Of a stretch of DNA of 64,000 nucleotides, positions 49,307 to 61,080 are shown in pieces. Every line of letters starts with the position of its first letter. Positions within the stretch are counted from its first letter, which is position 1. Both the position numbers and the translations under genes were made by a program. The stretch comes from Setoptus koraiensis (lineage: Eukaryota > Animalia > Arthropoda), in assembly GCA_048013815.1 (NCBI GenBank), contig CM106585.1, forward strand, positions 6,634,001-6,698,000, given 5' to 3'. The notes beneath the pieces are model-generated. The model made no database searches. It saw only the letters and a program-made list of their open reading frames with translations, and was not told the DNA's origin.

Positions 49307-52300
49307 TCACAATTTGTAATGATATCTCTCTTTGTCGTCGTCATCGTCTGCACTTGCTGTCTGTTTGTCGGGGCTATTTACATCAATGCGATCGCTGGTG
49401 GCTAGTGCGTGGTCGATCTGTTGTTTCTGTTGCCTTATCAGGGTAGTTCTGGGTTTTGGCTTTTGCGGGGCCTGTCTCTGTTGCGTTGTGTCTGCACTGT
49501 TGGGCGAATTGGCATCGGCCGTTTCCGGTTCCATCACATGGGTCAGTTGTGAGGCGCCTCTCGGGCAATTATCGGCCGCTTGGTTGCGCTGCTCGAAGTG
49601 TTGCTGAATGTAGTTTTGTTGCGAGAAACTCATCGCGTACTCGTCGTCCTCGTAAAAGTCATCGTCGCAGTCGTTGCCGATGTCGAGGGGCGCCGGTTGA
49701 CACTTGGCGGACGGCTTAGGCGCTGCTTGCTTGGCCGACTGCACTGGTTCGACTGTTGATTGTTGGCGAGCCGACTGTTGGCCGGTGCTCGCTGCAATTG
49801 CGGATTGTATCACATTGGTTTCTTCGTCTATCACAGCGCCCCTGAGCGATGTCGAATTGAGCGACCGGCGCGACCGAACGGAACGTCGCAACGGGCCACC
49901 GTTAAATTGCTGCTGTTGCTGCTGCTGACTGCCGCCAACAGCCACGTCCGATTGGGGCCCCATGCTGGCCTCCAGCTGTATGCTGCAATCTATGGGATAC
50001 AGCTCGTTGCCGTGCAGCTGGCTGGCGGAACTGCTGGCCACGGACGAGGCGCACGACATAGTTCCGTCGTCGTCGTCGATCAGCAGGTCGTCAAACATGA
50101 GCTTGGCCGTGGACGAGGTGGTCGAGGCGGCCGAGGTGGACGGTCTGCGCGCCACACACCGAACGGGCTCGCCAATGTCGAAATCGGGCTGCGTCTGCTG
50201 CTGCTGCTTCTTTGCCGCTTGTTTTGCCAGCTTGCTAGTGGCCGGCTGATCGGCACGCTGAGCGCCGATGAAATACTGACCTAGCGACGTTCGCGACCTC
50301 TTGGTGCGCTTTTGGCCCGGCTTGGCGCCGGAAGCGGCCGACGAGGCCGAGCCGACGCTGCCCATGTTGTCCACGTTTAGCTCGGTCATGCAAGTGCTGC
50401 TGCTTCGTCTCGAGTTGTTGTTGCTGCGGTCGCCAACGAGAACATTGTGACACGACAGGCGCGATTGCCGCTGGCCACCGTCCGCCGACTGCTGCTGCGC
50501 GCTTCCGGTGTCCGCGCCCGAGCTCGAGTTGCGCCGACTCGAAATGGCCTTGGCCAATTTGTTTCTGAACGACAACGGATTCAGCGTTGTCGACTGATAG
50601 GGCTGATTGGGCAGGTGAGCCAAATGGGAGGCAGTGAGCGCCGCTTGACCCGTTGCCACTACTTCCTGTTTGCACGCGGTGCCGTACCCGTTCGCCGCTG
50701 GCCCGTTGAATTGGCTGGCCAGATGTGTGGCGGGTGTGTCGCGGTGCCGGTAATTACTGTTGGCCGTGCGTGTTGCTCTGGCCAGCGTGAACAGATCGTT
50801 GTAGGCGCCCGGATTTTCGTGCATATTATACATGCCCGTGGTTGTTTGATTGTTGTTGTTGTTGTTAGCCTGCTGGCTGCTCGACTGCCTGTTGATTCCG
50901 TTGAACAGCATCAGCTGATTGCTGTGATTGCTGTAGCCGTGCTGCTGCTTGCTTTTGAAATGTTGACCACTTCCGGTGGACATGTTAAACAAAAATGACC
51001 ACCACGGCGAGCTGCTGTTGTTGTTGTGCGCGTTGCTGCAAGGGGGCGCTGGCTGATAGAAGTTGTTGTAGTGGTGTTGCTGCTGGTGATTGTAGAGTCG
51101 CTGGGCTGTGGTTGTTGTCGTCTGACATTTGACAAACAGTCTCTTGTGCATGAAAAACAGTCTGTAGGCAAACATCAACGAGTAAATCACCAGAGCGGAT
51201 ATGAGATTGGCGCAAACAATGTTCAGATCGTAATAAGACGAGGCCACCGTTATGGGCGGCAGCATTGTAATGGTGGGCTCGTTGTTGACGACATTGTGGC
51301 GCGGATATTGGAGCGGCGACGGATGCAACAACGGGTTGCCGTTGCCGGCCGCCGGATATAATTGCTGCGATTGGCTAGAGATCATGTTGATGGTGAGCAG
51401 CGACCAGACGAATATAACCAGCGACGATGTCACTAGCAACAGTTTGCTTTCTACCTGCTCGAAGCGCTGCCGATGCTCCACCTGGTGGGCCATCTGAATC
51501 ACCTGTTGCTTGGTGGTGAGGGCGCGCAGCGACGACTTGCTGCAGCGGTACGCCGCGCCCGACACCACCCAGGCGGCCAGCAACAGCGCAAACGGGTACA
51601 GCAAACAAATGAGGGGCTCGTACTTGAACAGAACGGGCATCTTGGTGATGGAGGCGCAACGCCACGCCGCCTGGTAGTAGCCGGGTTGCGGCGGCTGCCT
51701 GATGAACCAAATGAGCGATATAATTATCTGAATGAGTATGAGGCAAATGGAACAGCTGACCAGGGTGGCGGGCGACAGCAGTCGCAGCAGGCGCAACTTG
51801 AACGGGCCCGCGTTTCGGCGGCTGGTCGCCGCCTGTTGCGGGTACGCCGGGTGCGGCGGGTGTTGCGGGCGCTGCTGGGCCGGCTGCGATGCGATATTGT
51901 AAAATTGCTGGTGCTGGTGCTGCTGCTGGTCGCCCGGTTGGTGCGGGTGGTGGCCGCCAGGCGGCAGACTGTCGATGGGGTCAAAATTCTCGATGTTGAG
52001 CGTCACGTCGATGTCGGCGTCGTCCATGGTGCTGCTGTTGCGCTGCTCCGAACAGATTGAGTTATATTTGCGCATCGATTGTTGGCGCCGCGAGCCCAAG
52101 ACGCGCCCCTCTGACGGGCCGCCGGCCGAGTGGCGGCCCGCGAGAGTGTGCTGTTTTTCGTCCGCGTGCGGCGCGGCGGACAATTTTGCCGGGCACAGTG
52201 TCAATTTGAGCAGTTGACTGTGGCGCCAAATTGAGATTATTTTCAATAGGAACGAACTGTATATAGTTGTGTAGGCCGTTGCCAGCCCGATGCGCCGGAA

Positions 52301-53475
52301 CCAGCACACGCCCATTGTGGCGGGCAACAGAAAGCCGATGTTGATCAGGTAAAGCATCAACAGGCCCGTGAGTAGGAAATAATTGTACAAGTTTGCGTTT
52401 GTGCCGTAGCCGGCCGGCGATGCGGACATCAGCTGCTGGTCGGCGGATATGAAGGCGTCCGAGCTGACGGATTGTTGCGACATTAGATAGGCCATGCTGA
52501 TTATGATTGAGGCAACGCCGCACACCGACAACAGCGACAGCAGCACGCCGGAAATGTGGCCCAAATTGAGCGTGAGCGGGGGCCTCAGCATCATCTGTAT
52601 TTGCATGTGGTGCCGGTTGTGGTGCGACGAGCGCTTATACTGGCCCCCGTTGGCTTGTTGCGACAGAGCGAGCGCGTCGAAAGAGTCGGCCATTCGGTCG
52701 TTTAAGTTGTCAATTTCGTTGTCTGTGTCACCGTCACCCTCGGCGTCGTTGTTGCCAATTGCGTCATCGCTCGCCTGGTCAGACAGTTGTTGTTTGGTGG
52801 TTGGCGTTGTTGCTGTTGGTGCCGACAGGTGCCTAGTGTCGCCGAGAACGTCAATTGTCACTGGCGACTGTTGCACGCCCGTTGGCGATCCGTTTCCGGC
52901 GCCGTCCGGCGCGTAGTCGGCGGGCCTCGTTCGGGCCCCGTCATCGATTTGTTTTTGGCACATCTGACACGACCATTGGTCCAGGCATTTCGACACCACT
53001 CGCTGGCCCAGATCCGGCAGCGGATTTGCGGCGGCGCCGCCGCCGCCGCTGACCAATTCGAGCTGATGGTTGCGCCACACGGCCACCTTGTTCGTGTCGT
53101 ACACGATGCGATAATTGTACGTGTCGGCCCGTGTTGTTTTGTTCGGCTTGTTGTGCCGCAGCGGCCTCATCAGGCTGCTGTCCTGCATCAGTCGCATCAG
53201 TTTGTTTGGGGCCTCCGGCGAGCCGTCGCACTCTTGCAGCGATCGCACCAGCGTGTTGCTGGGCGCTGCACCTCGCTGACCGCTGCATTCTGATTCCAGA
53301 AATTTCACCAGCGCCTCGTGCAGGCTCTCCACGACATCGATCGTCTGGTAGACGCGCTCATCCACGCCCATCACGTCCGCGTCCGACAATTGCTCGCTTC
53401 CGGTGCACGCCCTGCTGTAAATGGATTTGTGGGGCCGGTTGGGCAGCGCGCACTGGAATCTGTGCTGCCAGAACT
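49307..53475 (-). CDS. Giant class C GPCR, exon 2: end of VFT3, Cys stub, 7TM (7tm_3), ~600-aa low-complexity C-tail
   Basis: EFWQHRFQC; YNYRIVY...VAVW; TM2 YFLLTGLLMLYL; TM3 CWFRRIGLATAYTTIYSSFLLKII; TM4 LLSPATL...LIQIIISLIWFIRQPP; TM6 ESKLLLVTSSLVIFVW; TM7 ANLISALVIYSLMF. Confidence 0.92.
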
Positions 53476-53625
53476 CTGCTCGAGGGGGCGCCAAAATGAA
53501 AACAGAACACAAATAACATGGGTGAGAGAGGATCGGTCAGTCCATCGCCAATGGATACAAATTTCTATAGTTATCGGATATAACGGAGTCATCGGATATA
53601 ACGGAGTTGTCAGATGTATACTTAC
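53476..53625 (-). other. 150-nt phase-1 GT-AG intron joining the 2441-aa and 1401-aa ORFs; contains an 18-bp tandem duplication (ACTCCGTTATATCCGATR)
   Basis: GAG G|GTAAGT donor; pyrimidine-rich tract and GAGCAG|AG acceptor; splicing gives PTHLFEEFWQHRFQC, the mGluR-type NPWFxEFWxxxFxC motif; joined CDS 11406 nt, in frame. Confidence 0.9.
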
Positions 53626-56600
53626 CCTCAAACAGGTGCGTGGGTATGGGTGCGTGCGAGCGGGGTGACTGCGACACCAGGTACCTGTGAAAGTCGTCGC
53701 TGTTGTGGCTCTCGAGCTGGGTAGACAGCACCGTCTTGGGCAGGCCCGGAACGGGCCACACCGGCTTGCCCGCGCCGTCCGTCTTACTCGCGTCGTGCTT
53801 GCGGTACAAACCGGAAACGCTCGGCAGCCACTCGTGCGTGGCCAGCCACACGTAATCGGTTTGCATGGCGGGCGACAGCGAGCTGGCGATCATCAGGTTG
53901 GTGGCGGCGTGGCTGCTGGCCAGAAACACGATCACCTTGGTCTGGTGCTGTCGCGTGCCATTGTTGCCCGCCGGCGCCTCGAATTCCTCCGCGAACAGCG
54001 CCCTCAATTTGTGCGCCTGTTGCTGCTGGCCGCGCTCCAGGTAGCTCGACAGCGACTCGCTGCTTCCGTCCAAGTAGCTGATGAGCCGCTTGTCGGGGTC
54101 GTAGCCCTTGACGGGTATTTGCTGCTGCTGCGGTTGCTGCTGCGGTTGCCGCTGCTGGTCGGGAAAGGAAAATTCGCGCGCCGGCTCGAAATTGTCCGCC
54201 GTGATGGCATGCGGAACCCAGATCAGCTTGGCGATGCAAATGCCCGCCCGATTGGCCAGCTCCAGAAATTCGTCCTTGTGCTGATGGTGATCGGTGTAAA
54301 TCAAATGGATCATTCGCCACTGCTTGGCGCTTTTCAGCACCCCGACCACGGCCTCCAATTCGTGCCGCTTCTCCGAGCGCCATCCGCTCGCCGCGCCCAC
54401 CTTGCCGCCGGCGAGCGCTTGCGGCTGCTGCCAGTGCGCTTGCCACGACGGCCCGGCCCCAATGCTCACGTGCAACAGGTTTGTGGCAGGATGGAGCTCG
54501 GACACCGCGGCGCCCTGGCTGTAATCGAGCAGCGCCACCTGCCTCGTGGAGCCGTTGTTACTGTTGGTGCCTATTAATTGTTGCACCCGCTGCCTGGCCG
54601 ACGGAGCGTCCGCGCAATAATCGTAAATGCTCGCTTGCAATCTAACGAGCACCTTCTTTTTGTTGTGTCGTCGCACGGGTAGCTGGCGCTGTTGTTGTTG
54701 TTGCTGCAGTAACTCCAAATTGTCTCGGGCCGCCACCAGTTCCAACGCGTACACCAGGCCCACCAAATGGGGAAACATTTGCTCGATGTCCAGATCGCAT
54801 CCGGTTGAATGGGCCATGGAAAATGGATAGTGGTGCTCTCTGTGCAGCGGCATTAGCGCCTCAAACGAGAAGTCGCCCATCAGCACCGAATCAGGTATTG
54901 GCATGTTGCTGATCATCTGAGTAGAGGGCGACACTGTCACCGGATTGGGCGCCGCAACGGGTACAGCAGCAATAGAAAGGCCATTTCCGGCGGACGCCTG
55001 CTGCTTTTGGTCAGCGACAAGCGGGTCGCTGCTACTGCTGCTGCCGGCGCTGTCCGCTAGGGGCGCCCCCGACAAACTGGCCAGCGACATCTCGTCCAGT
55101 ATGCAAACGGTGGCATCTTGGCACTGGGACTTTATTTTATCCATCGACATGTCGGCCGTGCTGCTCATGTGGGTGTAGGCGCGAGCCTTGCTCATGTTCA
55201 TGTACAGGCCCTCTTGTTGGTCGTAGAAGCCCACCTTGACGAATCCGATGGAATTGGACTGCAGATATCGCAAATTGTACAATTTGAGCTTGTCTTGCAC
55301 GTAATCCCCGGCTGAATTCAGATCGAAGAGGCGCCCGTCGGCCAATTGGAAGGTTGAGCGTTGCAATTGTTCGTGGATCATCTCGCTGATGAGTTTCGCT
55401 TGCGGCTTCGCGCTTTCTGGCGCGCCCTCGGGCTCCGCGGCCGGTGCGGGCGCTTCCTCTCCGTCGTCCACTCGGTCGTCTCGGGCGTCCGCGCTTTGCC
55501 CGCGCGAGTGCTGACCCGACGATGCGCGCAACATGTCGGCGGGCTGCCTCTCGAGCAGGTCGAGCATCTGCGGGCACAAGCCGCGCGCCGTGCCCGGACA
55601 CACCTCTTTGCGCACCACCTCGAGCCCGTTGGCAAAGGCAAATACCGCGTTGATGACGTCGGCCCCGTTGTGCTCCCATCCGGCCGCCAAATAATTGCCG
55701 ACCGGTTGCTGCGGCTGCTGATGTTGTTGTTGCTGCTGCTGTTGTTGCTGCTGTTGGGTCCAGGCGGCCAACGTGGCGTCGCCGAACACATAGCAGCCGC
55801 TCGACGGCGTGCCGCGCGATTGCCGGCCGGTCGGGTTGGTTGCCGGTGCGGGCGAGCCCGCACATTCCGCAGCGACCGACTCCATGTACTCGCGCCACCA
55901 CGGATTGCGGGTATTGTTTTTGGGCGCGAGCGTGTCGTAATAGCTCTTGAACTCGGGCAACAGCGACACGGACCGCGACAGCGCCAGCGTGCCCAACGAC
56001 TCGGCCGCGTACGAATAGAAGGGCTCCCGGTCGGTGATTGTGATCCATTGCATCACATTGAGCAGTTGGTCGGTTATTGCTTGACGCTTGCTGTTGTTGC
56101 TGTTGTTTGCGCTGCTTGCCGGGTCTCTGGGCATGAGATTTTCGCGCCGGAAGTGACGCAATGTCTCTAAAAGATTGCGCGTTTTCTCTTGGCTCAGCAG
56201 CACTATGACAACGCGCGCGCCCGACATTGACTTTTGCAGTAGACGGGCCAGAATTGATTCGTACATTAGCGACACTTGTTGCTGCTGTTGCAACTGATAC
56301 TTGCTCAGCGGGCGCTCGCCGCCGCTCTTGGCTGGCGTGGGTGAGCCCGTGGAGTGATTGTGGCCGGTGAAGTTCACCGCTATGGGCACCTGACCGCCGC
56401 CGCCGCCGTTACCAGTGGGGTATTGATGGGGTATTTTCTCGTCCACGGCAAGTTGAATTTCGCGCATAAACAGTCGCCTAATGAGCTCGTCGTGCAGATC
56501 CTGCAAATCTGGCTCGTTCTCATACACTAGCGACACATAATTCCATTGCATTTTCACCAGCACGCTCACTATGGCCTCGGCTATTACGTCATTTGGCAGC

Positions 56601-59600
56601 GCCATTCGCACCATCAGCTGCTCTTGTTTGTGCAACAGGTCCGACTGGCCAACAATGTTGCCCGCCAGGCCGCCGGCCATATCCGGCTGCTGACCACTTT
56701 GCGACGTTGGCTGCTGCTGCATTGGGTTAGCTCCACCGCTTAGAGCGCTCTCTAGCGAGTCAAAGTCCAGCTTGAAGAGAGAGTCCGCCGCACCGGAAGT
56801 TGCGGCCGTTGCTTGTCTGTGCGTCGATTGTTGCGCAAGCTCAGCTGGTGCGCCGGTCATCACGGATACCAGCGAACCGTCTTCGGCCATCAATGCCGAT
56901 TCCATGCCACCGGCCGTCCGCTGCTGATCCGGCGCGCCCGCCGTGGCGAATGGCGAACCGGAAGTGGACACAGAGCCGCCTATGCCGAGCTGTTTGCCGC
57001 TCACCAATTCGGTCAGTTTAGTCGATTTGGCCTGCGTGACAAACGTGAGCAACCTATTGGCGCTGGCCATGCTCACTATGGCCTCGACGGCCTCGTCGTT
57101 GTGATTGTCCGCCACAAAGGCCATTATGCGCGCCTCGCTAGGCAACATCCGGTCGGCCGGCGGCTCGGCGCTGTCGGTGGTTAGGTAATTGTTGTTGCTG
57201 TTTTGCGACTGTTGTTGTTGTTGTTGTTGTTTGTGTTGTTCGCGTATGAGATTGGCAATCACCTGATTGGTGCGCAAAAAACTCGAACAGGTATCTATGA
57301 TGAACGAGTTCAGGCGCACGCCGGGCAACAGATTTGCGTTCTGATTCACGTAATCGATCGCCCACAGGAATGCCTCCATGTTTTGCATGCTGCGCTTAGT
57401 ACTGGATGAGGCCGATTTGTCGATGGGGCCGCATTCGAGCGGCGAGTTTCTCACCTGTTGATGAATGTCAAACAGGCCCACCAGGTACAGGGACGGGTCC
57501 TTTCTCGCGTTTGCGTCGCTAGATGGCTCTGCCGATGCACCTCTGTCACCAACTGAGTCGCCAACCGCCAACGACTGACTTCCGGTCACTGGCCGGTGCT
57601 GCGTTAATTGCTCAATGCACGGCTTAGTCCATTGTCGACAGGACAATTGTTGATTCTTGAAGCATTCCGATTTGAATGCGGTGAAACGGGCCAAATCCAA
57701 ATCGAGAAATTGTGTGTCGGGCGGCACATGACTGACGGTCATGCGCAGCGTCGGGCTGCCAGCGCTGGTTGCCGACTGGCGCCCGCTGACGCCCGCAAAG
57801 GGTGCATCAACGGCCACCAAATTGGCGAGCACAGTGAAGCCGCTCAGGCCGCCCTCTTGCGCCTCTATGAGGGCCGGTTTCATTCGGGGCGCCATGCTGA
57901 ACTGACCCCAGCGGGCGGGCTTCTGTTGGGGGGCTGCGCTCTGGGGTGGCACGTACTGGGCCATTCTGTAGTAATTGTAGCGGCTTGCTTGCGCTTCGCC
58001 GCCCGCCGCCAGGGCGCCCAAATCTCGCTTCAGGTACAGTACGTCCAGCTGGCGCGAACTGGAGCCCTGTGAGTTAAATTTGAACAATTCGTCGGGCAGG
58101 TCGGGCTTCAGCGAGGCGGTTTGCTGAATGTATCGCGCCAACAAGTGCCTAAATTCCTGGTCGGTGCCCAGTGTCATGCCCTGGCACCAACCGGCTGATT
58201 GGTCGGGCAATTGCGGTTGTGTCGGGTGCTGCATCAACGGGTGGCCGGTGTCGCCGGCGGAGTTGCTGCAAAGCTGGTTGCGCAATCGGGCAAAGGCCGA
58301 TATGAGCGCCACAACCGCTTGCATGCTGTTGATGGCCGCCAATTGATTGAGGCGAGTCCGGTCAACTAGCGGCTGCGCACCGCTGGCGGCGTATTCGTCC
58401 GCCGCAATGCCGTCGCTTCCGGTGGCCAGCTGATTGCGACTAATGATGCAGCGCTTGAACGAAGCGCTAAACTTGTTGTTGTCCATCACGGACGCGCTCA
58501 CATGGGGCCCATTGGTTTTGTTTGTGGCCGCTGCGTTGTCCGGCTGATCGCGACCGCGAATCATTGCCACCAATTTGTTTGTTACGTCAGAGCAATCTCT
58601 GGCAGTCATTTGCATATTTTGTTGCGCCGCGGATTGAGCATCGTCCGTCCATTTGGTTTGCTGTTGCTGCTGCTCGCTCAGCAGCGTGCTGGCCAGCTTC
58701 ACAAACAGCTCCTCCGCAAACGGATTGTTGCTGGTGGCTGTGGCGTCGAGCAGCGCCATTGAATTGTTGCTGGCTGCTGCCTTAGCCTGACCGGAAGTGG
58801 CCGTTGTGCTGGCCAGAAGCGACGATTTGGCCAACTGAGCAAAGTACTCGTTGTACGATTTGAGATCCATTTGACGCGCCCTAATTATCATCAATTGTTC
58901 CTCTAGTTCGGGCTCGTAGTTGTGAACCACGTCCAGATCCAGATCGTCCGCTTGCCCGGTGCCCACCAGCAGCCAAATGACGCTTGTGCGCTTGAAGCTG
59001 GCCGCTAGATGGCGCCGTCGCAACTCGGCCAAAATGCGGCGTGTCGTCTCGTAATCGGTGAACAGCATTACAATTCTGGCCCCATTTTCTACCCGTTGCT
59101 CCAGCTGGTTCAGCAGGCTCACCGCCGAGGCTGCCTGCTGCTTGTCAGGGGCCCCCTTGTTTGTGTTGCTCGCGTTGCTATTTGTGGGCCCGCTGTTCAG
59201 CTGTTTGGTGAGGGGGGTGGCGTCGTAGGCCAGCTCGTCGTAGCAATATTGCGCATAGTTTGTGGGGTCGCTCTTGAGCGTTTCGCGAAACGTTTGCATC
59301 ATTGCCCGACTGTGCCGGTTGTTGGCGTTGTACACCAGCGACAGGGCTCGCCAATTGAAATGTCGCACCAGCAAATAGGCCGCGTTTGCGTACTCTTGGC
59401 CGGGCACCGCGGTTTGAAAGGCCACTTGTTGCTGTTGCTGATTTGGCTGTTGTTGTTGTTGCTGCTGTTGCTGCTGGTTCGGTTGCTGGACCGGAACCGG
59501 AAGTGCGGGACTAGATGTTGTTGAATTGTTGTTGGCGGCGCTGCCAGTGTCGGCAAACTGCGGGGCCCCGCCGAGCAGGCCCGACATGTCGTACACCGAT

Positions 59601-60862
59601 ATCAGGGGTATTTGGGTGTCTTGGAGCAATTGTTTGAGCAGGCGCGTCTCGTCCATATTGTCCAGCGCGGACACTATGGCCAACAGGTGTCTACTGTCGA
59701 CAGGTTGCTGCTGCTGGCCGGTGGGTGGCGCGGCCGGCGACTCAAAATTGACTAGAAGCTGGTGTATTTGCGAGGCCAGTATCGTAGACGACGAACACGA
59801 ATCTATTACGATCAACCGGAACTTGATGCCGGGCACAAACAGCTCGTCTTGGTTTATTTTGTCCAGCATCCAGCGGGCCGCCTCCAAATTGAAGAGGGCG
59901 CTCATTTGTGCCACCGGCGAGCACCTCAACTTTGACTTGCTGGCCTTGTGCAGGGGCGCCACCAGCGCCACATAGGCCACGTGGCTGGAATTGTCCGCAA
60001 GCCCCGCTGTCTCAAATCCGTTGCTCGTGGCCAAGCTGACGGGCCCCGCGGAGTCGCCGCTCTGGCTGGGCCACTGCTCGCTGAGCCTCTTTATGTCGGA
60101 CAGACTCAACAGCAGCTCCTGTTGTTGCTGTGTCGAAATTGGGGACGACGGCGAGCTGAAGTGGAGAAATTTTGGCAAAAAGAACGAGCCCGGCTCAAAG
60201 AATTTCACCGATCTGCTAGTGATTTTGTGTTGTGTCCTACGCTGATTAGTGGCGGTGGCGGCAGCAGTAGAAACAGTAGTTGCTGTTGCATTTGCAGTGG
60301 TAGTAGTAGTAGTAGTGGCATTAGTAGTTGTTGTTTGTTGAGCGGCAAACACTGACGCAATAACACTAATTATAATTAGCGCCAGTGATGTAATAGTTAT
60401 GTCATATAAGCTTATGTTGTGCGTGTTGTGGGCATTTTGTGGGTGTCGTCGTTGGCCTCTGTTGGCGACTGTTTGTGGTTTGCGTCTCAAAAAATGACTG
60501 TTTAACGGACCATTCACTTGTGTTTGCTGTTGCTGAAACTTTTCACAAGCTGTCAGCTGTTGAAACTTTTGACAGGCTGACAATTGTTGCGACCTGAATC
60601 CAGTTTTGTTTTGTGTGCGACAACTGGCGGCAATCACGTGGCAATCATTGTTGTTTTTTTCAAGTTTTCTCCATTCTCCCTGCTGCTGTCGATACTGGCC
60701 ACCGGAAGTGAGGTTGCCGGCCCGGCGCGGCCCGTGATGATGGTGGCGATCATTGGAGTATGTACAATAGTTGTGGCTGCTTGCATAATTTGTCAGCTGG
60801 CCACGGCGCTGGCCACCTGGCGGCGACCAGGCGGCACCTATGGGCATTGCGACCTGTTCCAT
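53626..60862 (-). CDS. Giant class C (mGluR-like) GPCR, exon 1: leader, hydrophobic signal segment, VFT1, VFT2, most of VFT3; spliced total ~3801 aa. Start codon uncertain
   Basis: Three VFT N-lobes: VALVAPLH...LEAARWMLDKINQDELFVPGIKFRLIVIDSCS; LVGLFDIH...MEAFLWAIDYVNQNANLLPGVRLNSFIIDTCS; GDFSFEALMPLH...LVGLVYALELV...SIYDYC. Lobe-2 motifs FNWRALSLVY, MQWNYVSLVY, KQWRMIHLIY; NNTRNPWWREY. Confidence 0.92.
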
Positions 60863-60940
60863 TGCGGGGGTGCTCTGTTACGACGATGCGCGCCTCGATG
60901 AGTGATGGCGCATCGTCGGATCGGCTGCTTTTCGGTTGAT

Positions 60941-61080
60941 TTTTTGATTTCGGGCAAATTTGACAATTTCGGGCCGATTTTTTTTTATTTCGGGGCAATT
61001 CGACGGTTTCGGGCCGATTTTTTTTTATTTCGGGGCAATTCGACGGTTTCGGGCCGATTTTTTTTTTTGATTTCGGAGCA
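60941..61080. repeat. 40-bp tandem repeat ATTTCGGGGCAATTCGACGGTTTCGGGCCGA(T)9 x~3.3
   Basis: GGGCCGATTT recurs at 60971, 61011 and 61051. Confidence 0.9.

Noticed and set aside
49307-53512. 1401-aa ORF as an independent gene
   Set aside because: Its start at 53512 is TTG inside the intron; it is exon 2 of the GPCR
60215-60237. miR-7-like CTAGTGATTTTG
   Set aside because: Lacks the seed, lies in coding sequence, no hairpin
50235-60355. Many 60-300 aa antisense or alternate-frame ORFs over the GPCR
   Set aside because: Shadow ORFs of GC-rich coding sequence; no recognisable motifs
53537-60862. 2441-aa ORF as a complete soluble protein
   Set aside because: A GTAAGT donor at 53625 and the restored EFW motif show it splices to the 7TM exon
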